DNA from: the human T2T-CHM13v2.0 reference genome, Homo sapiens
DNA: 64,000 nucleotides
NCBI RefSeq assembly: GCF_009914755.1
Contig: NC_060937.1
Direction: 5' to 3' (one strand)
Shown here: piece by piece, positions 13,401 to 27,600 of the stretch
Numbering within the stretch: the first letter of the stretch is position 1
Layout of the letters: each line of letters starts with the position of its first letter
Notes under the pieces: model-generated
What the model saw: only the letters and a program-made list of their open reading frames with translations
Told to the model about the DNA's origin: nothing
Database searches by the model: none
Made by a program: the position numbers and the translations under genes

Positions 13401-16400
13401 TGTCTAGATTTTGTATGACCATATTCCCTTTTCCAGCGATATCATTAAAGCAATCTAAATATCCATTTGCAGAATCCACAAAAATAGAGTTTCAAAGCTG
13501 CTCTGTAAAAAGAAAGGTTCCACTCTGTTAGCTGAGTACACACATCACAAACTTGTTTCTGAGAATCCTTCTGTCTCGTTTTTATGGGAAGATATTTACT
13601 TTTTCACCGTAGGCATCAAAGCGCTCCAAATGTCCACATCCAGATACTCCAGAAAGAGTGTTTCAAACCTGCTCTATGAAAGGGAATCTTCAACTCTATG
13701 AGTTGAATGCAGACATCAGAAAGAAATTTCTGAGAATGCTGCTGTCTACCTTTTATTTGAATTCCCGCTTCCAACGAAATCCTCCAAGCTATCCAAATAT
13801 CCACTTGCAGATTCCACAAAAAGAGTGTTTCAAAACTGCTCTCTATCAATGGCAAAGTTCAACTCTGTTAGTTGAGGACACATATCACCAACAAGTTTCT
13901 GAGAATGCTTCTGTCTATTTTTTATGGGAAGATATTTCCTTTTTCACCGTAGGCGTCAAGGCGATCGAAATGTCCACTTCCACAAACTACAAAAAGAGTG
14001 TTTCAAACCTGCTCTATGAAAGGCCATGTTCATCTCTATGAGTCGAATGGAAATATCCGAAAGAAATTTCTGGGAATGCTGCTGTCTAGTTTTTATACGA
14101 ATTCCCGCTTCCAACGAAATCCTCAAAGCAATCCAAATATCCACTTGCAGAATCCACAAAAAGAGTGTTTCAAAACTGCTCTATCAATAGAAAGGTTCAA
14201 CTCTTTTAGTTGAGTACACACATCACAAACAAGTTTCTGAGAATGCTTCTGTCTGGCTTTTATTGGAAGACGTTTCCTTTTCACCAAAGGCATCAAAGCG
14301 CTCCAAATGTCCACTTCCAGATTCTTCCAAAAGAGTGTTTGAAACGTGCTCAAAGTAAGGGAATGTTCAACTCTGTGACTTGAATGCAGATATCACCAAG
14401 TAGTTTCTAATAGTGCTTCTGTCTAGATTTTAGATGATGATATTCCCGTTTCCAACGAAATCGTTAGAGCTATCCAAATATCCACTTACAGTTGCTACAA
14501 AAACAGTGTTTCCAAACTGCTGCATCAAAAGAAAGGTTCAACTCTGTTAGTTGAGGACACACGTCACAAAGAAGTTTGTGAGAATGCTTCTGTCTAGATT
14601 TTGTATGACGATATTCCCTTTTCCAACGATATCGTTAAAGCAATCTAAATATCCATTTGCAGAATCCACAAAAATAGAGTTTCAAAGCTGCTCTGTAAAA
14701 AGAAAGGTTCCACTCTGTTAGCTGAGTACACACATCACAAACTTGTTTCTCAGAATCCTTCTGTCTCGTTTTTCTGGGAAGATATTTACTTTTTCACCGT
14801 AGGCATCAAAGCGCTCCAAATGTCCACATCCAGATACTCCAGAAAGAGTGTTTCAAACCTGCTCTATGAAAGGGAATCTTCAACTCTATGAGTTGAATGC
14901 AGACATCAGAAAGAAATTTCTGAGAATGCTGCTGTCTACCTTTTATTTGAATTCCCGCTTCCAACGAAATCCTCCAAGCTATCCAAATATCCACTTGCAG
15001 ATTCCACAAAAAGAGTGTTTCAAAACTGCTCTCTATCAATGGCAAAGTTCAACTCTGTTAGTTGAGGACACATATCACCAACAAGTTTCTGAGAATGCTT
15101 CTGTCTATTTTTTATGGGAAGATATTTCCTTTTTCACCGTAGGCGTCAAGGCGATCGAAATGTCCACTTCCACAAACTACAAAAAGAGTGTTTCAAACCT
15201 GCTCTATGAAAGGCCATGTTCATCTCTATGAGTCGAATGGAAATATCCGAAAGAAATTTCTGGGAATGCTGCTGTCTAGTTTTTATACGAATTCCCGCTT
15301 CCAACGAAATCCTCAAAGCAATCCAAATATCCACTTGCAGAATCCACAAAAAGAGTGTTTCAAAACTGCTCTATCAATAGAAAGGTTCAACTCTTTTAGT
15401 TGAGTACACACATCACAAACAAGTTTCTGAGAATGCTTCTGTCTGGCTTTTATTGGAAGACGTTTCCTTTTCACCAAAGGCATCAAAGCGCTCCAAATGT
15501 CCACTTCCAGATTCTTCCAAAAGAGTGTTTGAAACGTGCTCAAAGTAAGGGAATGTTCAACTCTGTGACTTGAATGCAGATATCACCAAGTAGTTTCTAA
15601 TAGTGCTTCTGTCTAGATTTTAGATGATGATATTCCCGTTTCCAACGAAATCGTTAGAGCTATCCAAATATCCACTTACAGTTTCTACAAAAAGAGTGTT
15701 TCCAAACTGCTGCATCAAAAGAAAGGTTCAACTCTGTTAGTTGAGGACACACATCACAAAGAAGTTTGTGAGAATGCTTCTGTCTAGATTTTGTATGACC
15801 ATATTCCCTTTTCCAGCGATATCATTAAAGCAATCTAAATATCCATTTGCAGAATCCACAAAAATAGAGTTTCAAAGCTGCTCTGTAAAAAGAAAGGTTC
15901 CACTCTGTTAGCTGAGTACACACATCACAAACTTGTTTCTCAGAATCCTTCTGTCTCGTTTTTCTGGGAAGATATTTACTTTTTCACCGTAGGCATCAAA
16001 GCGCTCCAAATGTACACATCCAGATACTCCAGAAAGAGTGTTTCAAACCTGCTCTATGAAAGGGAATCTTCAACTCTATGAGTTGAATGCAGACATCAGA
16101 AAGAAATTTCTGAGAATGCTGCTGTCTACCTTTTATTTGAATTCCCGCTTCCAACGAAATCCTCCAAGCTATCCAAATATCCACCTGCATTTTCCACAAA
16201 AAGAGCGTTTCAAAACTGCTCTATCAATAGAAATGTTCAACTCCTTTGGCTGGGTACACACATCACAAACAAGTTTCTGAGAATGCTTCTGTCTAGTTTT
16301 TATGGGAAGACATTCCCTTTTTCACCAAAGGCATCAAAGCGCTCCAAATGTCCACTTCCAGACACTACAAAAAGAGTGTTTCCAACGTTCTCTAAGAAAG

Positions 16401-19400
16401 CGAATGTTCAACTCTGTGACTTGAATGCAGATGTCACAAAGTAGTTTCTGAGAGGGCTTCTGTCTAGATTTTAGATGATGATATTCCCGTTTCCAACGAA
16501 ATCATTAGAGCTATCCAAATATCCACTTACAGTTTCTACAAAAAGAGTGTTTCCAAACTGCTGCATCAAAAGAGAGGTTCCACTCTGTTAGCTGAGTACA
16601 CACATCACAAACTTGTTTCTCAGAATCCTTCTGTCTCGTTTTTCTGGGAAGATATTTACTTTTTCACCGTAGGCATCAAAGCGCTCCAAATGTCCACATC
16701 CAGATACTCCAGAAAGAGTGTTTCAAACCTGCTCTATGAAAGGGAATCTTCAACTCTATGAGTTGAATGCAGACATCAGAAAGAAATTTCTGAGAATGCT
16801 GCTGTCTACCTTTTATTTGAATTCCCGCTTCCAACGAAATCCTCCAAGCTATCCAAATATCCACTTGCAGATTCCACAAAAAGAGTGTTTCAAAACTGCT
16901 CTCTATCAATGGCAAAGTTCAACTCTGTTAGTTGAGGACACATATCACCAACAAGTTTCTGAGAATGCTTCTGTCTATTTTTTATGGGAAGATATTTCCT
17001 TTTTCACCGTAGGCGTCAAGGCGATCGAAATGTCCACTTCCACAAACTACAAAAAGAGTGTTTCAAACCTGCTCTATGAAAGGCCATGTTCATCTCTATG
17101 AGTCGAATGGAAATATCCGAAAGAAATTTCTGGGAATGCTGCTGTCTAGTTTTTATACGAATTCCCGCTTCCAACGAAATCCTCAAAGCAATCCAAATAT
17201 CCACTTGCAGAATCCACAAAAAGAGTGTTTCAAAACTGCTCTATCAATAGAAAGGTTCAACTCTTTTAGTTGAGTACACACATCACAAACAAGTTTCTGA
17301 GAATGCTTCTGTCTGGCTTTTATTGGAAGACGTTTCCTTTTCACCAAAGGCATCAAAGCGCTCCAAATGTCCACTTCCAGATTCTTCCAAAAGAGTGTTT
17401 GAAACGTGCTCAAAGTAAGGGAATGTTCAACTCTGTGACTTGAATGCAGATATCACCAAGTAGTTTCTAATAGTGCTTCTGTCTAGATTTTAGATGATGA
17501 TATTCCCGTTTCCAACGAAATCGTTAGAGCTATCCAAATATCCACTTACAGTTGCTACAAAAACAGTGTTTCCAAACTGCTGCATCAAAAGAAAGGTTCA
17601 ACTCTGTTAGTTGAGGACACACGTCACAAAGAAGTTTGTGAGAATGCTTCTGTCTAGATTTTGTATGACGATATTCCCTTTTCCAACGATATCGTTAAAG
17701 CAATCTAAATATCCATTTGCAGAATCCACAAAAATAGAGTTTCAAAGCTGCTCTGTAAAAAGAAAGGTTCCACTCTGTTAGCTGAGTACACACATCACAA
17801 ACTTGTTTCTCAGAATCCTTCTGTCTCGTTTTTCTGGGAAGATATTTACTTTTTCACCGTAGGCATCAAAGCGCTCCAAATGTCCACATCCAGATACTCC
17901 AGAAAGAGTGTTTCAAACCTGCTCTATGAAAGGGAATCTTCAACTCTATGAGTTGAATGCAGACATCAGAAAGAAATTTCTGAGAATGCTGCTGTCTACC
18001 TTTTATTTGAATTCCCGCTTCCAACGAAATCCTCCAAGCTATCCAAATATCCACTTGCAGATTCCACAAAAAGAGTGTTTCAAAACTGCTCTCTATCAAT
18101 GGCAAAGTTCAACTCTGTTAGTTGAGGACACATATCACCAACAAGTTTCTGAGAATGCTTCTGTCTATTTTTTATGGGAAGATATTTCCTTTTTCACCGT
18201 AGGCGTCAAGGCGATCGAAATGTCCACTTCCACAAACTACAAAAAGAGTGTTTCAAACCTGCTCTATGAAAGGCCATGTTCATCTCTATGAGTCGAATGG
18301 AAATATCCGAAAGAAATTTCTGGGAATGCTGCTGTCTAGTTTTTATACGAATTCCCGCTTCCAACGAAATCCTCAAAGCAATCCAAATATCCACTTGCAG
18401 AATCCACAAAAAGAGTGTTTCAAAACTGCTCTATCAATAGAAAGGTTCAACTCTTTTAGTTGAGTACACACATCACAAACAAGTTTCTGAGAATGCTTCT
18501 GTCTGGCTTTTATTGGAAGACGTTTCCTTTTCACCAAAGGCATCAAAGCGCTCCAAATGTCCACTTCCAGATTCTTCCAAAAGAGTGTTTGAAACGTGCT
18601 CAAAGTAAGGGAATGTTCAACTCTGTGACTTGAATGCAGATATCACCAAGTAGTTTCTAATAGTGCTTCTGTCTAGATTTTAGATGATGATATTCCCGTT
18701 TCCAACGAAATCGTTAGAGCTATCCAAATATCCACTTACAGTTGCTACAAAAACAGTGTTTCCAAACTGCTGCATCAAAAGAAAGGTTCAACTCTGTTAG
18801 TTGAGGACACACGTCACAAAGAAGTTTGTGAGAATGCTTCTGTCTAGATTTTGTATGACGATATTCCCTTTTCCAACGATATCGTTAAAGCAATCTAAAT
18901 ATCCATTTGCAGAATCCACAAAAATAGAGTTTCAAAGCTGCTCTGTAAAAAGAAAGGTTCCACTCTGTTAGCTGAGTACACACATCACAAACTTGTTTCT
19001 CAGAATCCTTCTGTCTCGTTTTTCTGGGAAGATATTTACTTTTTCACCGTAGGCATCAAAGCGCTCCAAATGTCCACATCCAGATACTCCAGAAAGAGTG
19101 TTTCAAACCTGCTCTATGAAAGGGAATCTTCAACTCTATGAGTTGAATGCAGACATCAGAAAGAAATTTCTGAGAATGCTGCTGTCTACCTTTTATTTGA
19201 ATTCCCGCTTCCAACGAAATCCTCCAAGCTATCCAAATATCCACTTGCAGATTCCACAAAAAGAGTGTTTCAAAACTGCTCTCTATCAATGGCAAAGTTC
19301 AACTCTGTTAGTTGAGGACACATATCACCAACAAGTTTCTGAGAATGCTTCTGTCTATTTTTTATGGGAAGATATTTCCTTTTTCACCGTAGGCGTCAAG

Positions 19401-22400
19401 GCGATCGAAATGTCCACTTCCACAAACTACAAAAAGAGTGTTTCAAACCTGCTCTATGAAAGGCCATGTTCATCTCTATGAGTCGAATGGAAATATCCGA
19501 AAGAAATTTCTGGGAATGCTGCTGTCTAGTTTTTATACGAATTCCCGCTTCCAACGAAATCCTCAAAGCAATCCAAATATCCACTTGCAGAATCCACAAA
19601 AAGAGTGTTTCAAAACTGCTCTATCAATAGAAAGGTTCAACTCTTTTAGTTGAGTACACACATCACAAACAAGTTTCTGAGAATGCTTCTGTCTGGCTTT
19701 TATTGGAAGACGTTTCCTTTTCACCAAAGGCATCAAAGCGCTCCAAATGTCCACTTCCAGATTCTTCCAAAAGAGTGTTTGAAACGTGCTCAAAGTAAGG
19801 GAATGTTCAACTCTGTGACTTGAATGCAGATATCACCAAGTAGTTTCTAATAGTGCTTCTGTCTAGATTTTAGATGATGATATTCCCGTTTCCAACGAAA
19901 TCGTTAGAGCTATCCAAATATCCACTTACAGTTGCTACAAAAACAGTGTTTCCAAACTGCTGCATCAAAAGAAAGGTTCAACTCTGTTAGTTGAGGACAC
20001 ACGTCACAAAGAAGTTTGTGAGAATGCTTCTGTCTAGATTTTGTATGACGATATTCCCTTTTCCAACGATATCGTTAAAGCAATCTAAATATCCATTTGC
20101 AGAATCCACAAAAATAGAGTTTCAAAGCTGCTCTGTAAAAAGAAAGGTTCCACTCTGTTAGCTGAGTACACACATCACAAACTTGTTTCTCAGAATCCTT
20201 CTGTCTCGTTTTTCTGGGAAGATATTTACTTTTTCACCGTAGGCATCAAAGCGCTCCAAATGTCCACATCCAGATACTCCAGAAAGAGTGTTTCAAACCT
20301 GCTCTATGAAAGGGAATCTTCAACTCTATGAGTTGAATGCAGACATCAGAAAGAAATTTCTGAGAATGCTGCTGTCTACCTTTTATTTGAATTCCCGCTT
20401 CCAACGAAATCCTCCAAGCTATCCAAATATCCACTTGCAGATTCCACAAAAAGAGTGTTTCAAAACTGCTCTCTATCAATGGCAAAGTTCAACTCTGTTA
20501 GTTGAGGACACATATCACCAACAAGTTTCTGAGAATGCTTCTGTCTGTTTTTTATGGGAAGATATTTCCTTTTTCACCGTAGGCGTCAAGGCGATCGAAA
20601 TGTCCACTTCCACAAACTACAAAAAGAGTGTTTCAAACCTGCTCTATGAAAGGCCATGTTCATCTCTATGAGTCGAATGGAAATATCCGAAAGAAATTTC
20701 TGGGAATGCTGCTGTCTAGTTTTTATACGAATTCCCGCTTCCAACGAAATCCTCAAAGCAATCCAAATATCCACTTGCAGAATCCACAAAAAGAGTGTTT
20801 CAAAACTGCTCTATCAATAGAAAGGTTCAACTCTTTTAGTTGAGTACACACATCACAAACAAGTTTCTGAGAATGCTTCTGTCTGGCTTTTATTGGAAGA
20901 CGTTTCCTTTTCACCAAAGGCATCAAAGCGCTCCAAATGTCCACTTCCAGATTCTTCCAAAAGAGTGTTTGAAACGTGCTCAAAGTAAGGGAATGTTCAA
21001 CTCTGTGACTTGAATGCAGATATCACCAAGTAGTTTCTAATAGTGCTTCTGTCTAGATTTTAGATGATGATATTCCCGTTTCCAACGAAATCGTTAGAGC
21101 TATCCAAATATCCACTTACAGTTTCTACAAAAAGAGTGTTTCCAAACTGCTGCATCAAAAGAAAGGTTCAACTCTGTTAGTTGAGGACACACATCACAAA
21201 GAAGTTTGTGAGAATGCTTCTGTCTAGATTTTGTATGACCATATTCCCTTTTCCAGCGATATCATTAAAGCAATCTAAATATCCATTTGCAGAATCCACA
21301 AAAATAGAGTTTCAAAGCTGCTCTGTAAAAAGAAAGGTTCCACTCTGTTAGCTGAGTACACACATCACAAACTTGTTTCTCAGAATCCTTCTGTCTCGTT
21401 TTTATGGGAAGATATTTACTTTTTCACCGTAGGCATCAAAGCGCTCCAAATGTCCACATCCAGATACTCCAGAAAGAGTGTTTCAAACCTGCTCTATGAA
21501 AGGGAATCTTCAACTCTATGAGTTGAATGCAGACATCAGAAAGAAATTTCTGAGAATGCTGCTGTCTACCTTTTATTTGAACTCCCGCTTCCAACGAAAT
21601 CCTCCAAGCTATCCAAATATCCACTTGCATTTTCCACAAAAAGAGCGTTTCAAAACTGCTCTATCAATAAATGTTCAACTCCTTTAGCTGGGTGCACACA
21701 TCACAAACAAGTTTCTGAGAATGCTTCTGTCTAGTTTTTATGGGAAGACATTCCCTTTTTCACCAAAGGCATCAAAGCGCTCCAAATGTCCACTTCCAGA
21801 CACTACAAAAAGAGTGTTTCCAACGTGCTCTAAGAAAGCGAATGTTCAACTCTGTGACTTGAATGCAGATATCACAAAGTAGTTTCTGAGAGGGCTTCTG
21901 TCTAGATTTTAGATGATGATATTCCCGTTTCCAACGAAATCATTAGAGCTATCCAAATATCCACTTACAGTTTCTACAAAAAGAGTGTTTCCAAACTGCT
22001 GCATCAAAAGAGAGGTTCCACTCTGTTAGCTGAGTACACACATCACAAACTTGTTTCTGAGAATCCTTCTGTGTCGTTTTTATGGGAAGATATTTACTTT
22101 TTCACCGTAGGCATCAAAGCGCTCCAAATGTCCACATCCAGATACTCCAGAAAGAGTGTTTCAAACCTGCTCTATGAAAGGGAATCTTCAACTCTATGAG
22201 TTGAATGCAGACATCAGAAAGAAATTTCTGAGAATGCTGCTGTCTACCTTTTATTTGAATTCCCGCTTCCAACGAAATCCTCCAAGCTATCCAAATATCC
22301 ACTTGCAGATTCCACAAAAAGAGTGTTTCAAAACTGCTCTCTATCAATGGCAAAGTTCAACTCTGTTAGTTGAGGACACATATCACCAACAAGTTTCTGA

Positions 22401-23303
22401 GAATGCTTCTGTCTATTTTTTATGGGAAGATATTTCCTTTTTCACCGTAGGCGTCAAGGCGATCGAAATGTCCACTTCCACAAACTACAAAAAGAGTGTT
22501 TCAAACCTGCTCTATGAAAGGCCATGTTCATCTCTATGAGTCGAATGGAAATATCCGAAAGAAATTTCTGGGAATGCTGCTGTCTAGTTTTTATACGAAT
22601 TCCTGCTTCCAACGAAATCCTCAAAGCAATCCAAATATCCACTTGCAGAATCCACAAAAAGAGTGTTTCAAAACTGCTCTATCAATAGAAAGGTTCAACT
22701 CTTTTAGTTGAGTACACACATCACAAACAAGTTTCTGAGAATGCTTCTGTCTGGCTTTTATTGGAAGACGTTTCCTTTTCACCAAAGGCATCAAAGCGCT
22801 CCAAATGTCCACTTCCAGATTCTTCCAAAAGAGTGTTTGAAACGTGCTCAAAGTAAGGGAATGTTCAACTCTGTGACTTGAATGCAGATATCACCAAGTA
22901 GTTTCTAATAGTGCTTCTGTCTAGATTTTAGATGATGATATTCCCGTTTCCAACGAAATCGTTAGAGCTATCCAAATATCCACTTACAGTTTCTACAAAA
23001 AGAGTGTTTCCAAACTGCTGCATCAAAAGAAAGGTTCAACTCTGTTAGTTGAGGACACACATCACAAAGAAGTTTGTGAGAATGCTTCTGTCTAGATTTT
23101 GTATGACCATATTCCCTTTTCCAGCGATATCATTAAAGCAATCTAAATATCCATTTGCAGAATCCACAAAAATAGAGTTTCAAAGCTGCTCTGTAAAAAG
23201 AAAGGTTCCACTCTGTTAGCTGAGTACACACATCACAAACTTGTTTCTCAGAATCCTTCTGTCTCGTTTTTATGGGAAGATATTTACTTTTTCACCGTAG
23301 GCA

Positions 23304-24663
23304 TCAAAGCGCTCCAAATGTCCACATCCAGATACTCCAGAAAGAGTGTTTCAAACCTGCTCTATGAAAGGGAATCTTCAACTCTATGAGTTGAATGCAG
23401 ACATCAGAAAGAAATTTCTGAGAATGCTGCTGTCTACCTTTTATTTGAATTCCCGCTTCCAACGAAATCCTCCAAGCTATCCAAATATCCACCTGCATTT
23501 TCCACAAAAAGAGCGTTTCAAAACTGCTCTATCAATAGAAATGTTCAACTCCTTTGGCTGGGTACACACATCACAAACAAGTTTCTGAGAATGCTTCTGT
23601 CTAGTTTTTATGGGAAGACATTCCCTTTTTCACCAAAGGCATCAAAGCGCTCCAAATGTCCACTTCCAGACACTACAAAAAGAGTGTTTCCAACGTGCTC
23701 TAAGAAAGCGAATGTTCAACTCTGTGACTTGAATGCAGATATCACAAAGCAGTTTCTGAGAGGGCTTCTGTCTAGATTTTAGATGATGATATTCCCGTTT
23801 CCAACGAAATCATTAGAGCTATCCAAATATCCACTTACAGTTTCTACAAAAAGAGTGTTTCCAAACTGCTGCATCAAAAGAGAGGTTCCACTCTGTTAGC
23901 TGAGTACACACATCACAAACTTGTTTCTCAGAATCCTTCTGTCTCGTTTTTCTGGGAAGATATTTACTTTTTCACCGTAGGCATCAAAGCGCTCCAAATG
24001 TCCACATCCAGATACTCCAGAAAGAGTGTTTCAAACCTGCTCTATGAAAGGGAATCTTCAACTCTATGAGTTGAATGCAGACATCAGAAAGAAATTTCTG
24101 AGAATGCTGCTGTCTACCTTTTATTTGAACTCCCGCTTCCAACGAAATCCTCCAAGCTATCCAAATATCCACTTGCATTTTCCACAAAAAGAGTGCTTCA
24201 AAACTGCTCTATCAATAGAAATGTTCAACTCCTTTAGCTGGGTGCACACATCACAAACAAGTTTCTGAGAATGCTTCTGTCTAGTTTTTATGGGAAGACA
24301 TTCCCTTTTTCACCAAAGGCATCAAAGCGCTCCAAATGTCCACTTCCAGACACTACAAAAAGAGTGTTTCCAACGTGCTCTAAGAAAGCGAATGTTCAAC
24401 TCTGTGACTTGAATGCAGATATCACAAAGTAGTTTCTGAGAGGGCTTCTGTCTAGATTTTAGATGATGATATTCCCGTTTCCAACGAAATCATTAGAGCT
24501 ATCCAAATATCCACTTACAGTTTCTACAAAAAGAGTGTTTCCAAACTGCTGCATCAAAAGAGAGGTTCCACTCTGTTAGCTGAGTACACACATCACAAAC
24601 TTGTTTCTGAGAATCCTTCTGTGTCGTTTTTATGGGAAGATATTTACTTTTTCACCGTAGGCA
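23304..24663 (-). repeat. Two adjacent 4-monomer units (the only 4+4 junction in the window)
   Basis: Unit starts at 23304, 23984 and 24664, each 680 bp apart, with no 7-mer-specific sequence between them. Confidence 0.92.
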
Positions 24664-27600
24664 TCAAAGCGCTCCAAATGTCCACATCCAGATACTCCAG
24701 AAAGAGTGTTTCAAACCTGCTCTATGAAAGGGAATCTTCAACTCTATGAGTTGAATGCAGACATCAGAAAGAAATTTCTGAGAATGCTGCTGTCTACCTT
24801 TTATTTGAATTCCCGCTTCCAACGAAATCCTCCAAGCTATCCAAATATCCACTTGCAGATTCCACAAAAAGAGTGTTTCAAAACTGCTCTCTATCAATGG
24901 CAAAGTTCAACTCTGTTAGTTGAGGACACATATCACCAACAAGTTTCTGAGAATGCTTCTGTCTATTTTTTATGGGAAGATATTTCCTTTTTCACCGTAG
25001 GCGTCAAGGCGATCGAAATGTCCACTTCCACAAACTACAAAAAGAGTGTTTCAAACCTGCTCTATGAAAGGCCATGTTCATCTCTATGAGTCGAATGGAA
25101 ATATCCGAAAGAAATTTCTGGGAATGCTGCTGTCTAGTTTTTATACGAATTCCCGCTTCCAACGAAATCCTCAAAGCAATCCAAATATCCACTTGCAGAA
25201 TCCACAAAAAGAGTGTTTCAAAACTGCTCTATCAATAGAAAGGTTCAACTCTTTTAGTTGAGTACACACATCACAAACAAGTTTCTGAGAATGCTTCTGT
25301 CTGGCTTTTATTGGAAGACGTTTCCTTTTCACCAAAGGCATCAAAGCGCTCCAAATGTCCACTTCCAGATTCTTCCAAAAGAGTGTTTGAAACGTGCTCA
25401 AAGTAAGGGAATGTTCAACTCTGTGACTTGAATGCAGATATCACCAAGTAGTTTCTAATAGTGCTTCTGTCTAGATTTTAGATGATGATATTCCCGTTTC
25501 CAACGAAATCGTTAGAGCTATCCAAATATCCACTTACAGTTGCTACAAAAACAGTGTTTCCAAACTGCTGCATCAAAAGAAAGGTTCAACTCTGTTAGTT
25601 GAGGACACACGTCACAAAGAAGTTTGTGAGAATGCTTCTGTCTAGATTTTGTATGACGATATTCCCTTTTCCAACGATATCGTTAAAGCAATCTAAATAT
25701 CCATTTGCAGAATCCACAAAAATAGAGTTTCAAAGCTGCTCTGTAAAAAGAAAGGTTCCACTCTGTTAGCTGAGTACACACATCACAAACTTGTTTCTCA
25801 GAATCCTTCTGTCTCGTTTTTATGGGAAGATATTTACTTTTTCACCGTAGGCATCAAAGCGCTCCAAATGTCCACATCCAGATACTCCAGAAAGAGTGTT
25901 TCAAACCTGCTCTATGAAAGGGAATCTTCAACTCTATGAGTTGAATGCAGACATCAGAAAGAAATTTCTGAGAATGCTGCTGTCTACCTTTTATTTGAAT
26001 TCCCGCTTCCAACGAAATCCTCCAAGCTATCCAAATATCCACTTGCAGATTCCACAAAAAGAGTGTTTCAAAACTGCTCTCTATCAATGGCAAAGTTCAA
26101 CTCTGTTAGTTGAGGACACATATCACCAACAAGTTTCTGAGAATGCTTCTGTCTATTTTTTATGGGAAGATATTTCCTTTTTCACCGTAGGCGTCAAGGC
26201 GATCGAAATGTCCACTTCCACAAACTACAAAAAGAGTGTTTCAAACCTGCTCTATGAAAGGCCATGTTCATCTCTATGAGTCGAATGGAAATATCCGAAA
26301 GAAATTTCTGGGAATGCTGCTGTCTAGTTTTTATACGAATTCCCGCTTCCAACGAAATCCTCAAAGCAATCCAAATATCCACTTGCAGAATCCACAAAAA
26401 GAGTGTTTCAAAACTGCTCTATCAATAGAAAGGTTCAACTCTTTTAGTTGAGTACACACATCACAAACAAGTTTCTGAGAATGCTTCTGTCTGGCTTTTA
26501 TTGGAAGACGTTTCCTTTTCACCAAAGGCATCAAAGCGCTCCAAATGTCCACTTCCAGATTCTTCCAAAAGAGTGTTTGAAACGTGCTCAAAGTAAGGGA
26601 ATGTTCAACTCTGTGACTTGAATGCAGATATCACCAAGTAGTTTCTAATAGTGCTTCTGTCTAGATTTTAGATGATGATATTCCCGTTTCCAACGAAATC
26701 GTTAGAGCTATCCAAATATCCACTTACAGTTTCTACAAAAAGAGTGTTTCCAAACTGCTGCATCAAAAGAAAGGTTCAACTCTGTTAGTTGAGGACACAC
26801 ATCACAAAGAAGTTTGTGAGAATGCTTCTGTCTAGATTTTGTATGACCATATTCCCTTTTCCAGCGATATCATTAAAGCAATCTAAATATCCATTTGCAG
26901 AATCCACAAAAATAGAGTTTCAAAGCTGCTCTGTAAAAAGAAAGGTTCCACTCTGTTAGCTGAGTACACACATCACAAACTTGTTTCTCAGAATCCTTCT
27001 GTCTCGTTTTTATGGGAAGATATTTACTTTTTCACCGTAGGCATCAAAGCGCTCCAAATGTCCACATCCAGATACTCCAGAAAGAGTGTTTCAAACCTGC
27101 TCTATGAAAGGGAATCTTCAACTCTATGAGTTGAATGCAGACATCAGAAAGAAATTTCTGAGAATGCTGCTGTCTACCTTTTATTTGAATTCCCGCTTCC
27201 AACGAAATCCTCCAAGCTATCCAAATATCCACTTGCAGATTCCACAAAAAGAGTGTTTCAAAACTGCTCTCTATCAATGGCAAAGTTCAACTCTGTTAGT
27301 TGAGGACACATATCACCAACAAGTTTCTGAGAATGCTTCTGTCTATTTTTTATGGGAAGATATTTCCTTTTTCACCGTAGGCGTCAAGGCGATCGAAATG
27401 TCCACTTCCACAAACTACAAAAAGAGTGTTTCAAACCTGCTCTATGAAAGGCCATGTTCATCTCTATGAGTCGAATGGAAATATCCGAAAGAAATTTCTG
27501 GGAATGCTGCTGTCTAGTTTTTATACGAATTCCCGCTTCCAACGAAATCCTCAAAGCAATCCAAATATCCACTTGCAGAATCCACAAAAAGAGTGTTTCA

